From Abditibacterium sp. (GTDB lineage Bacteria > Armatimonadota > Abditibacteriia > Abditibacteriales > Abditibacteriaceae): 64,000 bases of DNA. The notes beneath the pieces were generated by a model. It was not told where the DNA came from and ran no database searches. It was given only the letters and a program-made list of their open reading frames with translations. Made by a program: the position numbers and the translations under genes. Below are positions 49,030 through 58,313 of the stretch, piece after piece; position 1 is the stretch's first letter; the number at the start of each line of letters is the position of its first letter. The stretch covers positions 576,001-640,000 of the forward strand of contig CBDASK010000003.1 of assembly GCA_965199495.1 (NCBI GenBank). The letters run 5' to 3'.

Positions 49030-50529
49030 ATGTCTCGAATTTTCGCGCCGCGCGGTTTGTTTGCCACGATATTTCTGTGGTTTTTCGCCGCGCAGCTCCT
49101 CATCGGCATCGCGCTTTATGCCTTAGCGGCGGCGACCGAGCGCCAGTTTGACCGGGGCACGACTGAAATGGCGGCGGGTTATATCGAAGCGCGCGGGCAA
49201 GCCACGGCGGTCGCGTTTGAGGCAGGCGGTGCCGAGGCCGCGCGCCGCGCGTGGAGTTTGCCAGACAATTCGTCGGGCGAAGCGCGCGACGAAGGCCCGG
49301 AAGACCGCGATTCCTCTGCCTTATATTTGATGCGCCCGCAGACCGCGCCCCAACTTTTGGTGGGTTCACCCGCAAACCTGCCCGATGAAAGTTTGGAAGC
49401 GGCACTGCGGAACAACGAAAATCTGTTCCCTGGCGGGCGCGGCGACTCTTGGTTGGCGCGGCGCATCTCGACGGGAAAAGCCGATTATCTGGCGCTGATT
49501 CGGATGCGCGGACGCGGCAAACGCGGCGGGCCACCGGGCGGATTTCTCGACGGTTTCATCGGTGGACGGCCCGGCCCCGGCGGGCCGTTCTGGGGCATTT
49601 TATCGCGGTGGCTGGTCATCGCTCTGGTCATGGGCGCGGTCTGTTTTGGTCTGGCGCGCTATCTGACCGCTCCGGCGCTGCACCTCTCGCGGGCGGCGCG
49701 CCGCTTCGCGCAGGGCGATTTGAGCGCGCGCGTCGGGCCGCAGTTGGGCCATCGCCGCGACGAACTCGCCGATTTGGGCCGCGATTTCGATTTGATGGCG
49801 CAGAGCATCGAATCGCAGCGCGCGGGCGAACGCCGCTTGCTGGGCGATATTTCGCATGAACTGCGTTCGCCTCTGGCGCGCGTCCAAGTCGCGCTCGATC
49901 TGGCCGAAAGCGGCGCCGACGCCCAAACGCGCGGATATTTGATGCGCATCGAAGCCGAAGTCGAAGAATTGAGCACCTTAATCGGTCAACTGCTGACGCT
50001 GACGCGGCTGGAAAACGCCGGGCCAGAACCGGCGCAAAGCGAAACCATTGATTTAGCTGAATTGGTCGCCGATATTTGCGCGGATGCCGATTTCGAGGCG
50101 AGCGCGTCGGGCCGCACCGTCGAACTCATCGAGAATCAAGCAGCCACGGCGCGTGGCAACGCGGGTCTTTTGCGCAGCGCCATCGAAAACGTGGTGCGCA
50201 ACGCGCTGATTCACGCGCCGCAAAGTTCGCGCGTTGAGGTTTCGCTGCAAGCCAGCGAAACGCAGGCGATACTCCGCGTGCGCGATTGGGGCGCTGGCGT
50301 GCCCGATGACGCGTTGGACGAATTGTTTCGCCCGTTTTACCGCGTCGCTCTGGCGCGCGACCGCCAAAGCGGCGGCACCGGTCTGGGCCTTTCGATCACT
50401 CAGCGCGCGCTGAAATCGCACGGCGGGAGTGCGCGCGCAAGCAACGCAGAAGGCGGCGGCCTCGAAGTCGAAATGCGCTTGCCGTTGGCCGAAGCCGTTA
50501 GCGCAAAACGCGGCGCGCCCTTGAACTGA
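49030..50529 (+). CDS. Sensor histidine kinase (CpxA-like)
   Basis: Two TM segments, HAMP, DISHELRSPLAR, ENVVRNA, GGTGLGL. Confidence 0.95.
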   Translation: MSRIFAPRGLFATIFLWFFAAQLLIGIALYALAAATERQFDRGTTEMAAGYIEARGQATAVAFEAGGAEAARRAWSLPDNSSGEARDEGPEDRDSSALYLMRPQTAPQLLVGSPANLPDESLEAALRNNENLFPGGRGDSWLARRISTGKADYLALIRMRGRGKRGGPPGGFLDGFIGGRPGPGGPFWGILSRWLVIALVMGAVCFGLARYLTAPALHLSRAARRFAQGDLSARVGPQLGHRRDELADLGRDFDLMAQSIESQRAGERRLLGDISHELRSPLARVQVALDLAESGADAQTRGYLMRIEAEVEELSTLIGQLLTLTRLENAGPEPAQSETIDLAELVADICADADFEASASGRTVELIENQAATARGNAGLLRSAIENVVRNALIHAPQSSRVEVSLQASETQAILRVRDWGAGVPDDALDELFRPFYRVALARDRQSGGTGLGLSITQRALKSHGGSARASNAEGGGLEVEMRLPLAEAVSAKRGAPLN

Positions 50530-50549
50530 CTGTTCAATCGCGGTAAAAT
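50521..50549 (+). promoter_or_regulatory. Sigma70-type promoter for rpmI-rplT
   Basis: TTGAAC-N17-TAAAAT. Confidence 0.55.
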
Positions 50550-50611
50550 TAAACCCTTGTGAGTTTGGCGAGCGAGTTTCGCGCGCGAAATTCCCAAGGA
50601 AGTTCAATTCT

Positions 50612-50809
50612 ATGAGCAAAATGAAAACGAAAAAGGCGGCGGTTAAGCGCATCAAAGTCACCGGTAGTGGCAAGTTGCGTCGTCGCAAAGTGGGTTTGGC
50701 CCACTTGCAGACCAAGCGTTCGACTTCGTCGCAAATGCGCAACAACGACGGAGCTGTCGGCGTCGCCGACTGCAACAAGAAAGTCATCAAAAGATTGCTG
50801 GGCATTTAA
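50612..50809 (+). CDS. rpmI: 50S ribosomal protein L35
   Basis: MSKMKTKKAAVKRIKVTGSGK; upstream of rplT. Confidence 0.97.
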   Translation: MSKMKTKKAAVKRIKVTGSGKLRRRKVGLAHLQTKRSTSSQMRNNDGAVGVADCNKKVIKRLLGI

Positions 50810-50901
50810 TCTCAACCAGATTTAACCCACACCAAACCGCGACTTTGTAGGCTACTTTCCCAGTAATTCACCGCCTACCGAGCGCAAGGAAAACAAACAT
50901 T

Positions 50902-51261
50902 ATGGCAAGAGTGAAAAGAGGCATGACGGCCTCCAAGAAACACAAGAAAATCCGCGATTTAGCCAAAGGCTATTATGGCGCCAAGCATCGCTGGTTCCGC
51001 ACCGCTAACGAAGCGGTGATGCACGCCGGTCAATACGCTTACCGCGACCGCAAAAACAAGAAACGCGAGTTTCGTCGCCTGTGGGTCACGCGCATCAACG
51101 CCGCCGCCCGCATCAACGGCACGACTTATTCGCAGTTGATTAACGGCCTCAACAAAGCGGGCATCGAAGTGGATCGCAAAGTGTTGTCCGAAATGGCGAT
51201 CTCCGACGCCGTGGCTTTTGGCCGCATCGCCGAAGCCGCCAAAAACGCGTTAAGCGCGTAG
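50902..51261 (+). CDS. rplT: 50S ribosomal protein L20
   Basis: MARVKRG...AKGYYG...[26 protein letters not shown]. Confidence 0.98.
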   Translation: MARVKRGMTASKKHKKIRDLAKGYYGAKHRWFRTANEAVMHAGQYAYRDRKNKKREFRRLWVTRINAAARINGTTYSQLINGLNKAGIEVDRKVLSEMAISDAVAFGRIAEAAKNALSA

Positions 51262-51279
51262 AAATTTGGTTGAAAGAAG

Positions 51280-51316
51280 AAAACGCCGCGTCCCAATTTG
51301 GGGCGCGGCGTTTTTT
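51280..51316 (+). terminator. Intrinsic terminator after rplT
   Basis: aaaacgccgcgtccca-att-tggggcgcggcgtttttt. Confidence 0.8.
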
Positions 51317-51369
51317 GTGGTCTGGTTCTCCGATTTCGCAGCCATAAAGACAGAAATTTAAGGCTGCTG

Positions 51370-51522
51370 TTATTCTTTCCCGCCCTCCGCTTGCGAAGGT
51401 TTATCATTGGCCGCGCGCGCCAACTGTGTGCGCGCCCGAAATTGAGCCAGCCCAACAACAGCAGCCACGGCGCCCCAAGCGAACAGCAAAACGCAGAGAA
51501 GTCCTTTAAAAAATCGGTTCAT
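51370..51522 (-). CDS. Small single-TM protein (50 aa), shorter than any ORF in the track
   Basis: MNRFFKGLLCVLLFAWGAVAAVVGLAQFRARTQLARAANDKPSQAEGGKE*; co-oriented, 31 bp downstream of the CNNM gene. Confidence 0.55.
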   Translation of the reverse strand: MNRFFKGLLCVLLFAWGAVAAVVGLAQFRARTQLARAANDKPSQAEGGKE

Positions 51523-51553
51523 TACGGTGAATTACAACAGAGCGCGAAATATT

Positions 51554-53053
51554 TCAGTCGCTTTCCGCTTCGACGGCTTCGTGCGCGGGCAGCATCAAAC
51601 GCAACTCGGTGATGCGCAAGCGTTCGACGGCCTCGACCCGAATGAGCGCGCCATTGAGGCTGACTTCGTCGCCAACCACGGCGGGACGGCCCAGCTCGCT
51701 CAAGACCAATCCGGCGAAAGTATCGGCCTGATCTTGCGGAAATCCGGTCTCGAATTCTTCGTTGACTTCGCTAATTAAAGCGCGTCCGGCAATCAAGGCT
51801 TCGCGCGGATTGACGATGCGAATTTCGGCCAATTCATCGTCGAACTCGTCGTTAATCTCGCCGAAAATTTGTTCCAGCAAATCGCCCAGCGTGATCAAAC
51901 CCGACGTGCCGCCGAACTCGTCAATCACGATCGCCATCTGCTGGCGGCGGCCCTTGAACTGGGTGAGCAGTTTGTCAACTGTCATGGTTTCGGGCAAGCG
52001 CAACGTTTCGCGCACCATTCCCATCAGCGAAATCTTGGTTTCATCGGCGCCCTGCGGCATTTTGGCGACGAAGGGCAAAACATCTTTGAGATGCAAAATG
52101 CCGATGATTTCGTCGGACGAACCGTGATAGACCGGCACGCGCGAGTGCGGCCTCGATTCGGCAAATTCTCGCAAAGTGCCGCGCGTCATTTCGACGGGCA
52201 ACACCTGCATTTCGACGCGCGGCACCATCACTTCGCGCAGGGTCAAGTCGGAAAACTTGACGACGCGATGCAGAATTTCGGCTTCGGTATCGTTGAGTTG
52301 GCCGCCCTGATGCGATTCTTTGACCAACAAATCCAACTCTTCGGGCGAGTGAACCGCGCCGTGTCCGTCGGTTTGGTGAAGTCCCAACGCGCGCAAAAGT
52401 AGGCCGCTTAGCAACGTCAAAAACCACACCAGAGGAAACACCAATTTGGCGAACCAGCCGATGGGCCGCACCAAAAGCAAGGCGGCTTTTTCGGAGTTTT
52501 GCAGCGATAACGCTTTGGGCAACAGTTCGCCCAAAACGACGTGCATCGTCGTCATCACGAAGTAGGCCAGACCCGCCGCCACGAAAGTGCGCGTGATACC
52601 AAAAAACGCCGGGGGCAACCACGACACCAAAGGCAGCATGAGCGGTTCGAGCGCCTGTTCGCCCAATCCGCCCAACAAAAGCGAGGCCAAAGTGACGCCG
52701 ACCTGCACCGCGCCGATGTAATGGGTCAGACGTTTGAGCGCGTCTTGAACGGCGATTGCCGAACGATTGCCGCCCGCCGCGAGTTGATCAATGCGCGTTT
52801 TGCGAACCGCGACCAGAGCGAACTCCGAAGCGACGAAAAAACCATTGAACACAACTAACACGAAAACCAAGAGCAAACGCAACGGCAAATTACCCGTGGG
52901 TTCGTGCGTTTCGCCCGCGCCTTCGGCGGCCCATGCGGACGTGGCTGCAAACAGCGAGACGACAAAAACAGTGAGGAGAACCGCCCAGCCAGATCGAGAA
53001 CCGAAACGGCGGGGCGGGCAGGTTAAACCGGGAGGGGAAACGGAGGATTCCAT
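51554..53053 (-). CDS. Hemolysin-like CNNM(DUF21)-CBS-CorC protein
   Basis: NGFFVASEFALV, GELLPK, HSRVPVY, IDEFGGTSGLITLGDLLEQIFGEI. Start moved to M37 to avoid the tRNA overlap. Confidence 0.92.
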   Translation of the reverse strand: MESSVSPPGLTCPPRRFGSRSGWAVLLTVFVVSLFAATSAWAAEGAGETHEPTGNLPLRLLLVFVLVVFNGFFVASEFALVAVRKTRIDQLAAGGNRSAIAVQDALKRLTHYIGAVQVGVTLASLLLGGLGEQALEPLMLPLVSWLPPAFFGITRTFVAAGLAYFVMTTMHVVLGELLPKALSLQNSEKAALLLVRPIGWFAKLVFPLVWFLTLLSGLLLRALGLHQTDGHGAVHSPEELDLLVKESHQGGQLNDTEAEILHRVVKFSDLTLREVMVPRVEMQVLPVEMTRGTLREFAESRPHSRVPVYHGSSDEIIGILHLKDVLPFVAKMPQGADETKISLMGMVRETLRLPETMTVDKLLTQFKGRRQQMAIVIDEFGGTSGLITLGDLLEQIFGEINDEFDDELAEIRIVNPREALIAGRALISEVNEEFETGFPQDQADTFAGLVLSELGRPAVVGDEVSLNGALIRVEAVERLRITELRLMLPAHEAVEAESD

Positions 53054-53125
53054 AAACAAAAAACGCGAAGCCGAGAGCGAATGGGATTTCGCAATCTGGG
53101 CTTCGCGTTTGATAAAACTTTTCAG

Positions 53126-53199
53126 AGCCGCCTGCCGGATTCGAACCGGCGACCTTCTCATTACGAGTGAGACGCTCTACCAACTGAGACTAAGGCGGC
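53126..53199 (-). tRNA. tRNA-Thr(CGT), CCA not encoded
   Basis: GCCGCCT/AGGCGGC acceptor stem, TCTCA-CTCGTAA-TGAGA anticodon arm, GCCGG-TTCGAAT-CCGGC T arm; one extra T in the D-stem. Confidence 0.93.
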
Positions 53200-53211
53200 A
53201 AAAGCAATCCA

Positions 53212-53240
53212 ATTCTACGAAATTCAAGCCGACTTGTCAA
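53212..53240 (-). promoter_or_regulatory. Sigma70 promoter for the tRNA
   Basis: TTGACA-N17-TAGAAT on the minus strand, 12 bp before the tRNA. Confidence 0.75.
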
Positions 53241-53262
53241 GCCAAGGGTTCGTTTTAATTTG

Positions 53263-53508
53263 CTAAGCGCGGGTGATTGGTTTAGCCGATTCGCTCGGCA
53301 TTTGAACGCCATCGGTCACATTCTCATCATGCGCGGGCATTGCCTGCGCGGCATCCTGACTTTCGACGACGCCGCTTTGCTGAATTTCTTCGACCAAACG
53401 CTCGCTTTCCTGCGCATTGGCGCCGGTTTGCATCGGGGGAATTACGTTATCGTTTTGCATGGTGCGAGCTATCTCTGCAAACGGGATTCCATAATTTAAC
53501 TGGCTCAA
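53263..53508 (-). CDS. Small acidic hypothetical protein (start uncertain)
   Basis: Fills the gap between dodecin and the tRNA promoter; no recognisable motif. Confidence 0.45.
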   Translation of the reverse strand: MSQLNYGIPFAEIARTMQNDNVIPPMQTGANAQESERLVEEIQQSGVVESQDAAQAMPAHDENVTDGVQMPSESAKPITRA

Positions 53509-53561
53509 CGCGCAAAAGAGCGACGAACTTTGGAGTTCGCCGCCCTTTTTGAGGTTGCGCC

Positions 53562-53765
53562 TTACTCGATGACAAATGCGATTTCGAGCGCGACGCGATA
53601 ATTAGAGACTTTGCCGTCTTCGCCGACTTCGCCAGACATCGAGTCCACCTCGAAGCTCTTAACGTTGCGCACGGTTTTGGTCGTGGTTTCGACGGCGCTT
53701 TTGACGGCTTCGTCGAAGGAATTGGGCGACTGCCCGATGATTTTGATGACTTTAACTACTGACAT
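53562..53765 (-). CDS. Dodecin-family protein
   Basis: MSVVKVIKIIGQSPNSFDEAVKSAV...KTVRNV...YRVALEIAF. Confidence 0.9.
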   Translation of the reverse strand: MSVVKVIKIIGQSPNSFDEAVKSAVETTTKTVRNVKSFEVDSMSGEVGEDGKVSNYRVALEIAFVIE

Positions 53766-53799
53766 AGCATTGTGAAATCTCGCAATCTGCGCGCCAAAT

Positions 53800-54540
53800 T
53801 TAATTTCGCACAGAAACGGCCCATCCAATCCAACCCAATAACAAAGCGCCCAAAATCGCGGGAATCCATAAACCCGAAAACCCGCAGACGCTCGTCCAGA
53901 ATGCCAAAATCAATGTGACACTCGAAACCAGAGTTATCGGCACATCGAGAAGTTTGCCGCTCCCGAAATAATAAATCGCGGCGCCGATGAGGCCCGAAAT
54001 TATCCAGCCCCCGAAGTTGGAAATCGGCACGCCGTAATACAAGCCACCGGCATCGTAGTGCCAGAATTTTTGCGCGACGGCGCCGGGGTCTAATACGCCG
54101 TCGAACAAAATGAGGAATATCGTAGCGACAACACACAGCCCAACCAGCGAACGTTTATGGCGCGCGGCCAGCGCCATCGCGCCCAAAACTAAAGGTGACC
54201 ACGCGAATGGCACAGTCCACGGCGTGACGCCGAAATATTTGACGCCGATTTTATTGCCGTAATCGAAACTGCCGTAGGGCCAACCCGTCTTGACCGCGAA
54301 AGTTTCGATGCCAACGGCGAACGCGCCCAGCGCCAGCAAAATCAGCGCGGCGCGCTTAAAACCAAGCCATCGCCAGAGCGCGTAAGCGGACGGCGCCCAC
54401 AAAACTAAAACGAAAACCGCCGAAACTCCGGCGAGTTCGGGGCGCGTGGCTTCTTCGACGCGGGCGACGAAAAATCCGTTGATAAACAGAAATAGGGCGC
54501 CCCAGAAAAGAGCGCGGCGTCCTTTGGGAGAAAAATTCAT
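53800..54540 (-). CDS. cruF: Carotenoid hydratase, CruF-like
   Basis: IETFAVKTGWPYGSFDY, VPFAW, DGVLDPGAV, YYGVPISNFGGW. Confidence 0.8.
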   Translation of the reverse strand: MNFSPKGRRALFWGALFLFINGFFVARVEEATRPELAGVSAVFVLVLWAPSAYALWRWLGFKRAALILLALGAFAVGIETFAVKTGWPYGSFDYGNKIGVKYFGVTPWTVPFAWSPLVLGAMALAARHKRSLVGLCVVATIFLILFDGVLDPGAVAQKFWHYDAGGLYYGVPISNFGGWIISGLIGAAIYYFGSGKLLDVPITLVSSVTLILAFWTSVCGFSGLWIPAILGALLLGWIGWAVSVRN

Positions 54541-54550
54541 TGGTGAGTTG

Positions 54551-54637
54551 TTGGCCACGAAAAAGCACAAAAGGATTAAGCCGAAAATGTCGCTCTGACA
54601 ACTTCCCTCGGCTCCTTTTGTGCTTTTTCGTGGCCAA
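54551..54637. repeat. REP-like inverted repeat (25-bp perfect arms)
   Basis: ttggccacgaaaaagcacaaaagga (54551-54575) and its reverse complement (54613-54637). Confidence 0.85.
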
Positions 54638-54647
54638 AGATATTTTC

Positions 54648-55499
54648 ATGCCCCGCTTATTTCAAGTTTCGCGCCCACGCTTTTGGTTCTACGTTTTCGG
54701 CCCTTTCATCGTCGGCGCGCTCATCGGCGCGCCCGATCCGCGCGCTTATCTGTCGCCCCTCTCTTTATTGTGGGCGCTGTTTTTTCTGTTTCCGGCCAAT
54801 TTATTAATTTACGGTGCCAACGATATTTTCGATTACGAAACCGACCGGCGCAACGCCAAAAAACGAGGCTACGAACTGCTCATCACGCCCGCCGATCATC
54901 GCAAATTATGGCTTTCCATCGCGCTGTTTTGTCTGCCGTTCGCGCCGCTTTTAATCTGGACGCCGCGCGCCTGTTGGATTGCGCTCGCTGGATTTTTATT
55001 TTTCTCGATATTCTATTCGGCGCCACCGATTCGCGCCAAAGCGCGCCCAATTTTGGATTCGATTTTCAACGTGCTTTATATTTTTCCCGGCGCGTTCGGC
55101 TATTTTTTGACGGGCGGACACAACTTCTCGCTTTCATTGTTCGTGGCGGCGTGGCTGTGGGCAATGGCGATGCACGCATATTCCGCCGTGCCCGATATTT
55201 CCGCCGACAGAGCCGCGCAAGTGCCAACGGTCGCCACGTTTTTGGGTCTGCGCGGCACGTTGTGGTTTTGTCTGGTCTTGTATGTGAGCGCCGCGCTGAT
55301 TTCGTTTCACGTTTTACGTTGGCTTTCGCTCGCTTTAGGCGCGATTTACGTCGCGCTAATGCTTCGTTCTTTGCGCGCCGGAACCGAGTTGGGCGTGATG
55401 AAAATTTATCGAATTTTCCCGTTCGTCAACGCTCTGGCGGGCGCGGCGTTGTGGTGGTTCGCGGTTTGGCAAAAACCGAGTTTCTGGCCGCATTTTTAA
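54648..55499 (+). CDS. UbiA-family prenyltransferase, lycopene elongase (LyeJ/CrtEb-like)
   Basis: SRPRFW, PANLLIYGANDIFDYETDRRNAKK, YSAPPIRAK, AMHAYSAVPDISADR. Confidence 0.82.
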   Translation: MPRLFQVSRPRFWFYVFGPFIVGALIGAPDPRAYLSPLSLLWALFFLFPANLLIYGANDIFDYETDRRNAKKRGYELLITPADHRKLWLSIALFCLPFAPLLIWTPRACWIALAGFLFFSIFYSAPPIRAKARPILDSIFNVLYIFPGAFGYFLTGGHNFSLSLFVAAWLWAMAMHAYSAVPDISADRAAQVPTVATFLGLRGTLWFCLVLYVSAALISFHVLRWLSLALGAIYVALMLRSLRAGTELGVMKIYRIFPFVNALAGAALWWFAVWQKPSFWPHF

Positions 55500-55954
55500 T
55501 TCGGTATCGGAACGCCCGCGACTTCGCTAATTTTCCATTCGCCGTCCACTTTGCGCCACTTCAATTTAAAGTTGCCGCTATAAGGTTCGGGCGGCGAATC
55601 GAACTCAGATTTCACGTTCAGCAAAAATCTGCCGTCGCTATCAGCCACGGCGCCTTGGACGTTGACTTTGACGCCGTTAATTTGCAGATCAACCACGCGA
55701 TATTGCATCATGCCGCCGAACAATTGGCGTTGAAAATCTTTGCGCACGGTGCCGTTGTGACCGTTAAAAGTAAACGTCGGCGTCATAAAATGGGCGATAG
55801 TCACGGCATCGCGCGCGTCCGCCGCTTTGACGATGGATTCGAGATTGGCCGCGATTTGCTGCTGGTCGGTCAGAGGCGGATGCAGCGCGCGCCAGAGAAA
55901 AAATCCGCTCAACAGCAAAAGCACAAGGCCGCTGACAATAAATAATCGTTTCAT
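55496..55954 (-). CDS. Membrane-anchored NTF2/DUF4440-like protein
   Basis: N-terminal TM segment; C-terminal KWRKVDGEWKI strand. Confidence 0.7.
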   Translation of the reverse strand: MKRLFIVSGLVLLLLSGFFLWRALHPPLTDQQQIAANLESIVKAADARDAVTIAHFMTPTFTFNGHNGTVRKDFQRQLFGGMMQYRVVDLQINGVKVNVQGAVADSDGRFLLNVKSEFDSPPEPYSGNFKLKWRKVDGEWKISEVAGVPIPN

Positions 55955-55966
55955 GGAAGAAGTTAA

Positions 55967-56737
<771 letters not shown>

Positions 56738-56740
56738 ATT

Positions 56741-56850
56741 TTTAGCCACAGAGATCACAGAGAAGAACAAAGAAAACATATAAAATGGTTGATTCACATT
56801 TTGATTCCTTCATTACTTCTCTGTGTCTCTCTGTGATCTCTGTGGCTAAA
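56741..56850. repeat. CACAGAG-type inverted repeat (23-bp perfect arms)
   Basis: tttagccacagagatcacagaga (56741-56763) and its reverse complement (56828-56850), between convergent genes. Confidence 0.85.
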
Positions 56851-56854
56851 TGAT

Positions 56855-57655
56855 TTATTGAAAATTCTCGCTCAACCATTCGCGCAAAACCGTATTGAAA
56901 CTTTCGGGCGCTTCCAAATTCGATAAATGTCCAGCGTCGCGAATCGTCTCGTGGCGCGCGCCGTGAATTTGCGCCGCCATTTGCGCCATGATTTCGGGCG
57001 AACAAATTTCGTCCTGCGCGCCGCCAACGACTAAAGTCGGCACTTTAATTTCGCTCAAAATGTCGGTCGAATCGCGCCGATTGCGCAACGCCAGCGACAT
57101 CGCGGCGGCGTTGTGGCCGGTTAAATCCATCGCCAACTCACGCACACGAGCAGCCACGGCGAGGTTGTGCGCGCGCGTGGTTTGGCCCAAAAGTTTGGGC
57201 AACATCTTCTCGGCGACTTCTTCTCCGCTATGATGTTGCGCGAATTCGATCATTTCGTCGCGCGCTGATTTCGCTTCATCGCTGTCGGCGTCGGCGCGCG
57301 TATCGGCCAAAATTAAGCCCGCTAAACGGTCGGGAAACTGGCGCGCGAATTCGAGCGCCGTGTAGCCGCCCATCGAAAGTCCGCACAAAATTATCGGTTG
57401 CGTGACATTCAATTTGTCGAGTAGCGCGTTGACATCGCGCGCGACGATTGCGAGCGACGGCTCGCCCTCGAACTGTGTGGATTCGCCGAAACCGCGAGCG
57501 TCGGGCGCGATGATGCGATAATCGGGCGCAAATTCGCGAATCTGGTCGCGCCACATTCCGTGCGAAAGCGGAAACGCGTGCAGAAAAACGAGCGGTTGGC
57601 CAGCGCCAGAATCGTCGTAGGAAATTTGGGCTTCGGGAGAAACTTGGAGTTGCAT
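56855..57655 (-). CDS. Alpha/beta hydrolase
   Basis: LHAFP, PDARGFGES, GLSMGG nucleophile, AGHLSNLE. Confidence 0.93.
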   Translation of the reverse strand: MQLQVSPEAQISYDDSGAGQPLVFLHAFPLSHGMWRDQIREFAPDYRIIAPDARGFGESTQFEGEPSLAIVARDVNALLDKLNVTQPIILCGLSMGGYTALEFARQFPDRLAGLILADTRADADSDEAKSARDEMIEFAQHHSGEEVAEKMLPKLLGQTTRAHNLAVAARVRELAMDLTGHNAAAMSLALRNRRDSTDILSEIKVPTLVVGGAQDEICSPEIMAQMAAQIHGARHETIRDAGHLSNLEAPESFNTVLREWLSENFQ

Positions 57656-57671
57656 TGACCAAAGCAAATGC

Positions 57672-57708
57672 AAAAAATCCGCCGCGCTGGAAAGCGCGGC
57701 GGATTTTT
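57672..57708 (-). terminator. Terminator after tmRNA
   Basis: aaaaaatccgccgcgct-gga-aagcgcggcggattttt. Confidence 0.8.
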
Positions 57709-57720
57709 ATTTTGTGACAA

Positions 57721-58079
57721 TGGAGGCGGGGGAAATCGAATCCCCGTCCACGAAGCGAACTACAGAAGCGTCTACAGGCATAGTTTCGTTTTGATTTAAA
57801 AATTTGGGCCCCGACGAAACAGCGGAATCCAGACTTCGAGTTCGCATCAATGCCGCTTCTCCATCAGGGCGAACTAACTGATTTTGAAGCATCCGTTAAA
57901 ATATGAAGATCAAATTAACCCAACGGACAGGGTTAAAAAGTCGTGTTGCGGGTTACGCAACAAGAGCCACAGGCTCTTGGTAGGTGTTGGCAGTTAAATT
58001 TTTTGCCCCGTTTAATGTGTCTGAGCAACACAGCCCGCAACCCCTGCTTTCAGACTCCCTGTCGAAACCAGTCGCCCCC
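57721..58079 (-). ncRNA. ssrA: tmRNA; tag peptide ANTYQEPVALVA*
   Basis: 5' GGGGGCGACTGGTTTCGAC; 3' GGGGATTCGATTTCCCCCGCCTCCA with a G3-U pair; resume context TAACTGCC; tag at 57953-57991. Confidence 0.95.
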
Positions 58080-58189
58080 AAAAGCCCGTTGCTTTCGCAA
58101 CTTCCATCGTCCTCGCGGCTACCAACTCGCGGCTATTATGGAAAAGTATTAACGCTCGAAATTCGGTTTAAGTTCCGCAAATTGCTTCC

Positions 58190-58283
58190 GTAGAGACGCC
58201 GATTTATCGCGTCTAAAACGTTGGATTTGCCCTGACGTTAAAGCAAGTTCAACATTTTAGACGCGATAAATCGGCGTCTCTAC
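58190..58283. repeat. GTAG-type REP doublet (REPIN; 29-bp perfect arms)
   Basis: gtagagacgccgatttatcgcgtctaaaa (58190-58218) and its reverse complement (58255-58283). Confidence 0.9.
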
Positions 58284-58313
58284 AAACGACCAGAAATCTG
58301 CCAAACTATTCTC

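Noticed and set aside
50847..50878. gtaggc...gcctac hairpin between rpmI and rplT as an L20 regulatory site
   Set aside because: It is only a 6-bp stem and cannot be matched to a known leader without a covariance search.
53054..53161. N-terminal 36 aa of the 535-aa ORF
   Set aside because: It overlaps the tRNA; the downstream ATG at 53053 is preferred.
54620..55945. 441-aa plus-strand ORF
   Set aside because: It is an alternative frame over the prenyltransferase and antisense to the NTF2-like gene, with no motifs.
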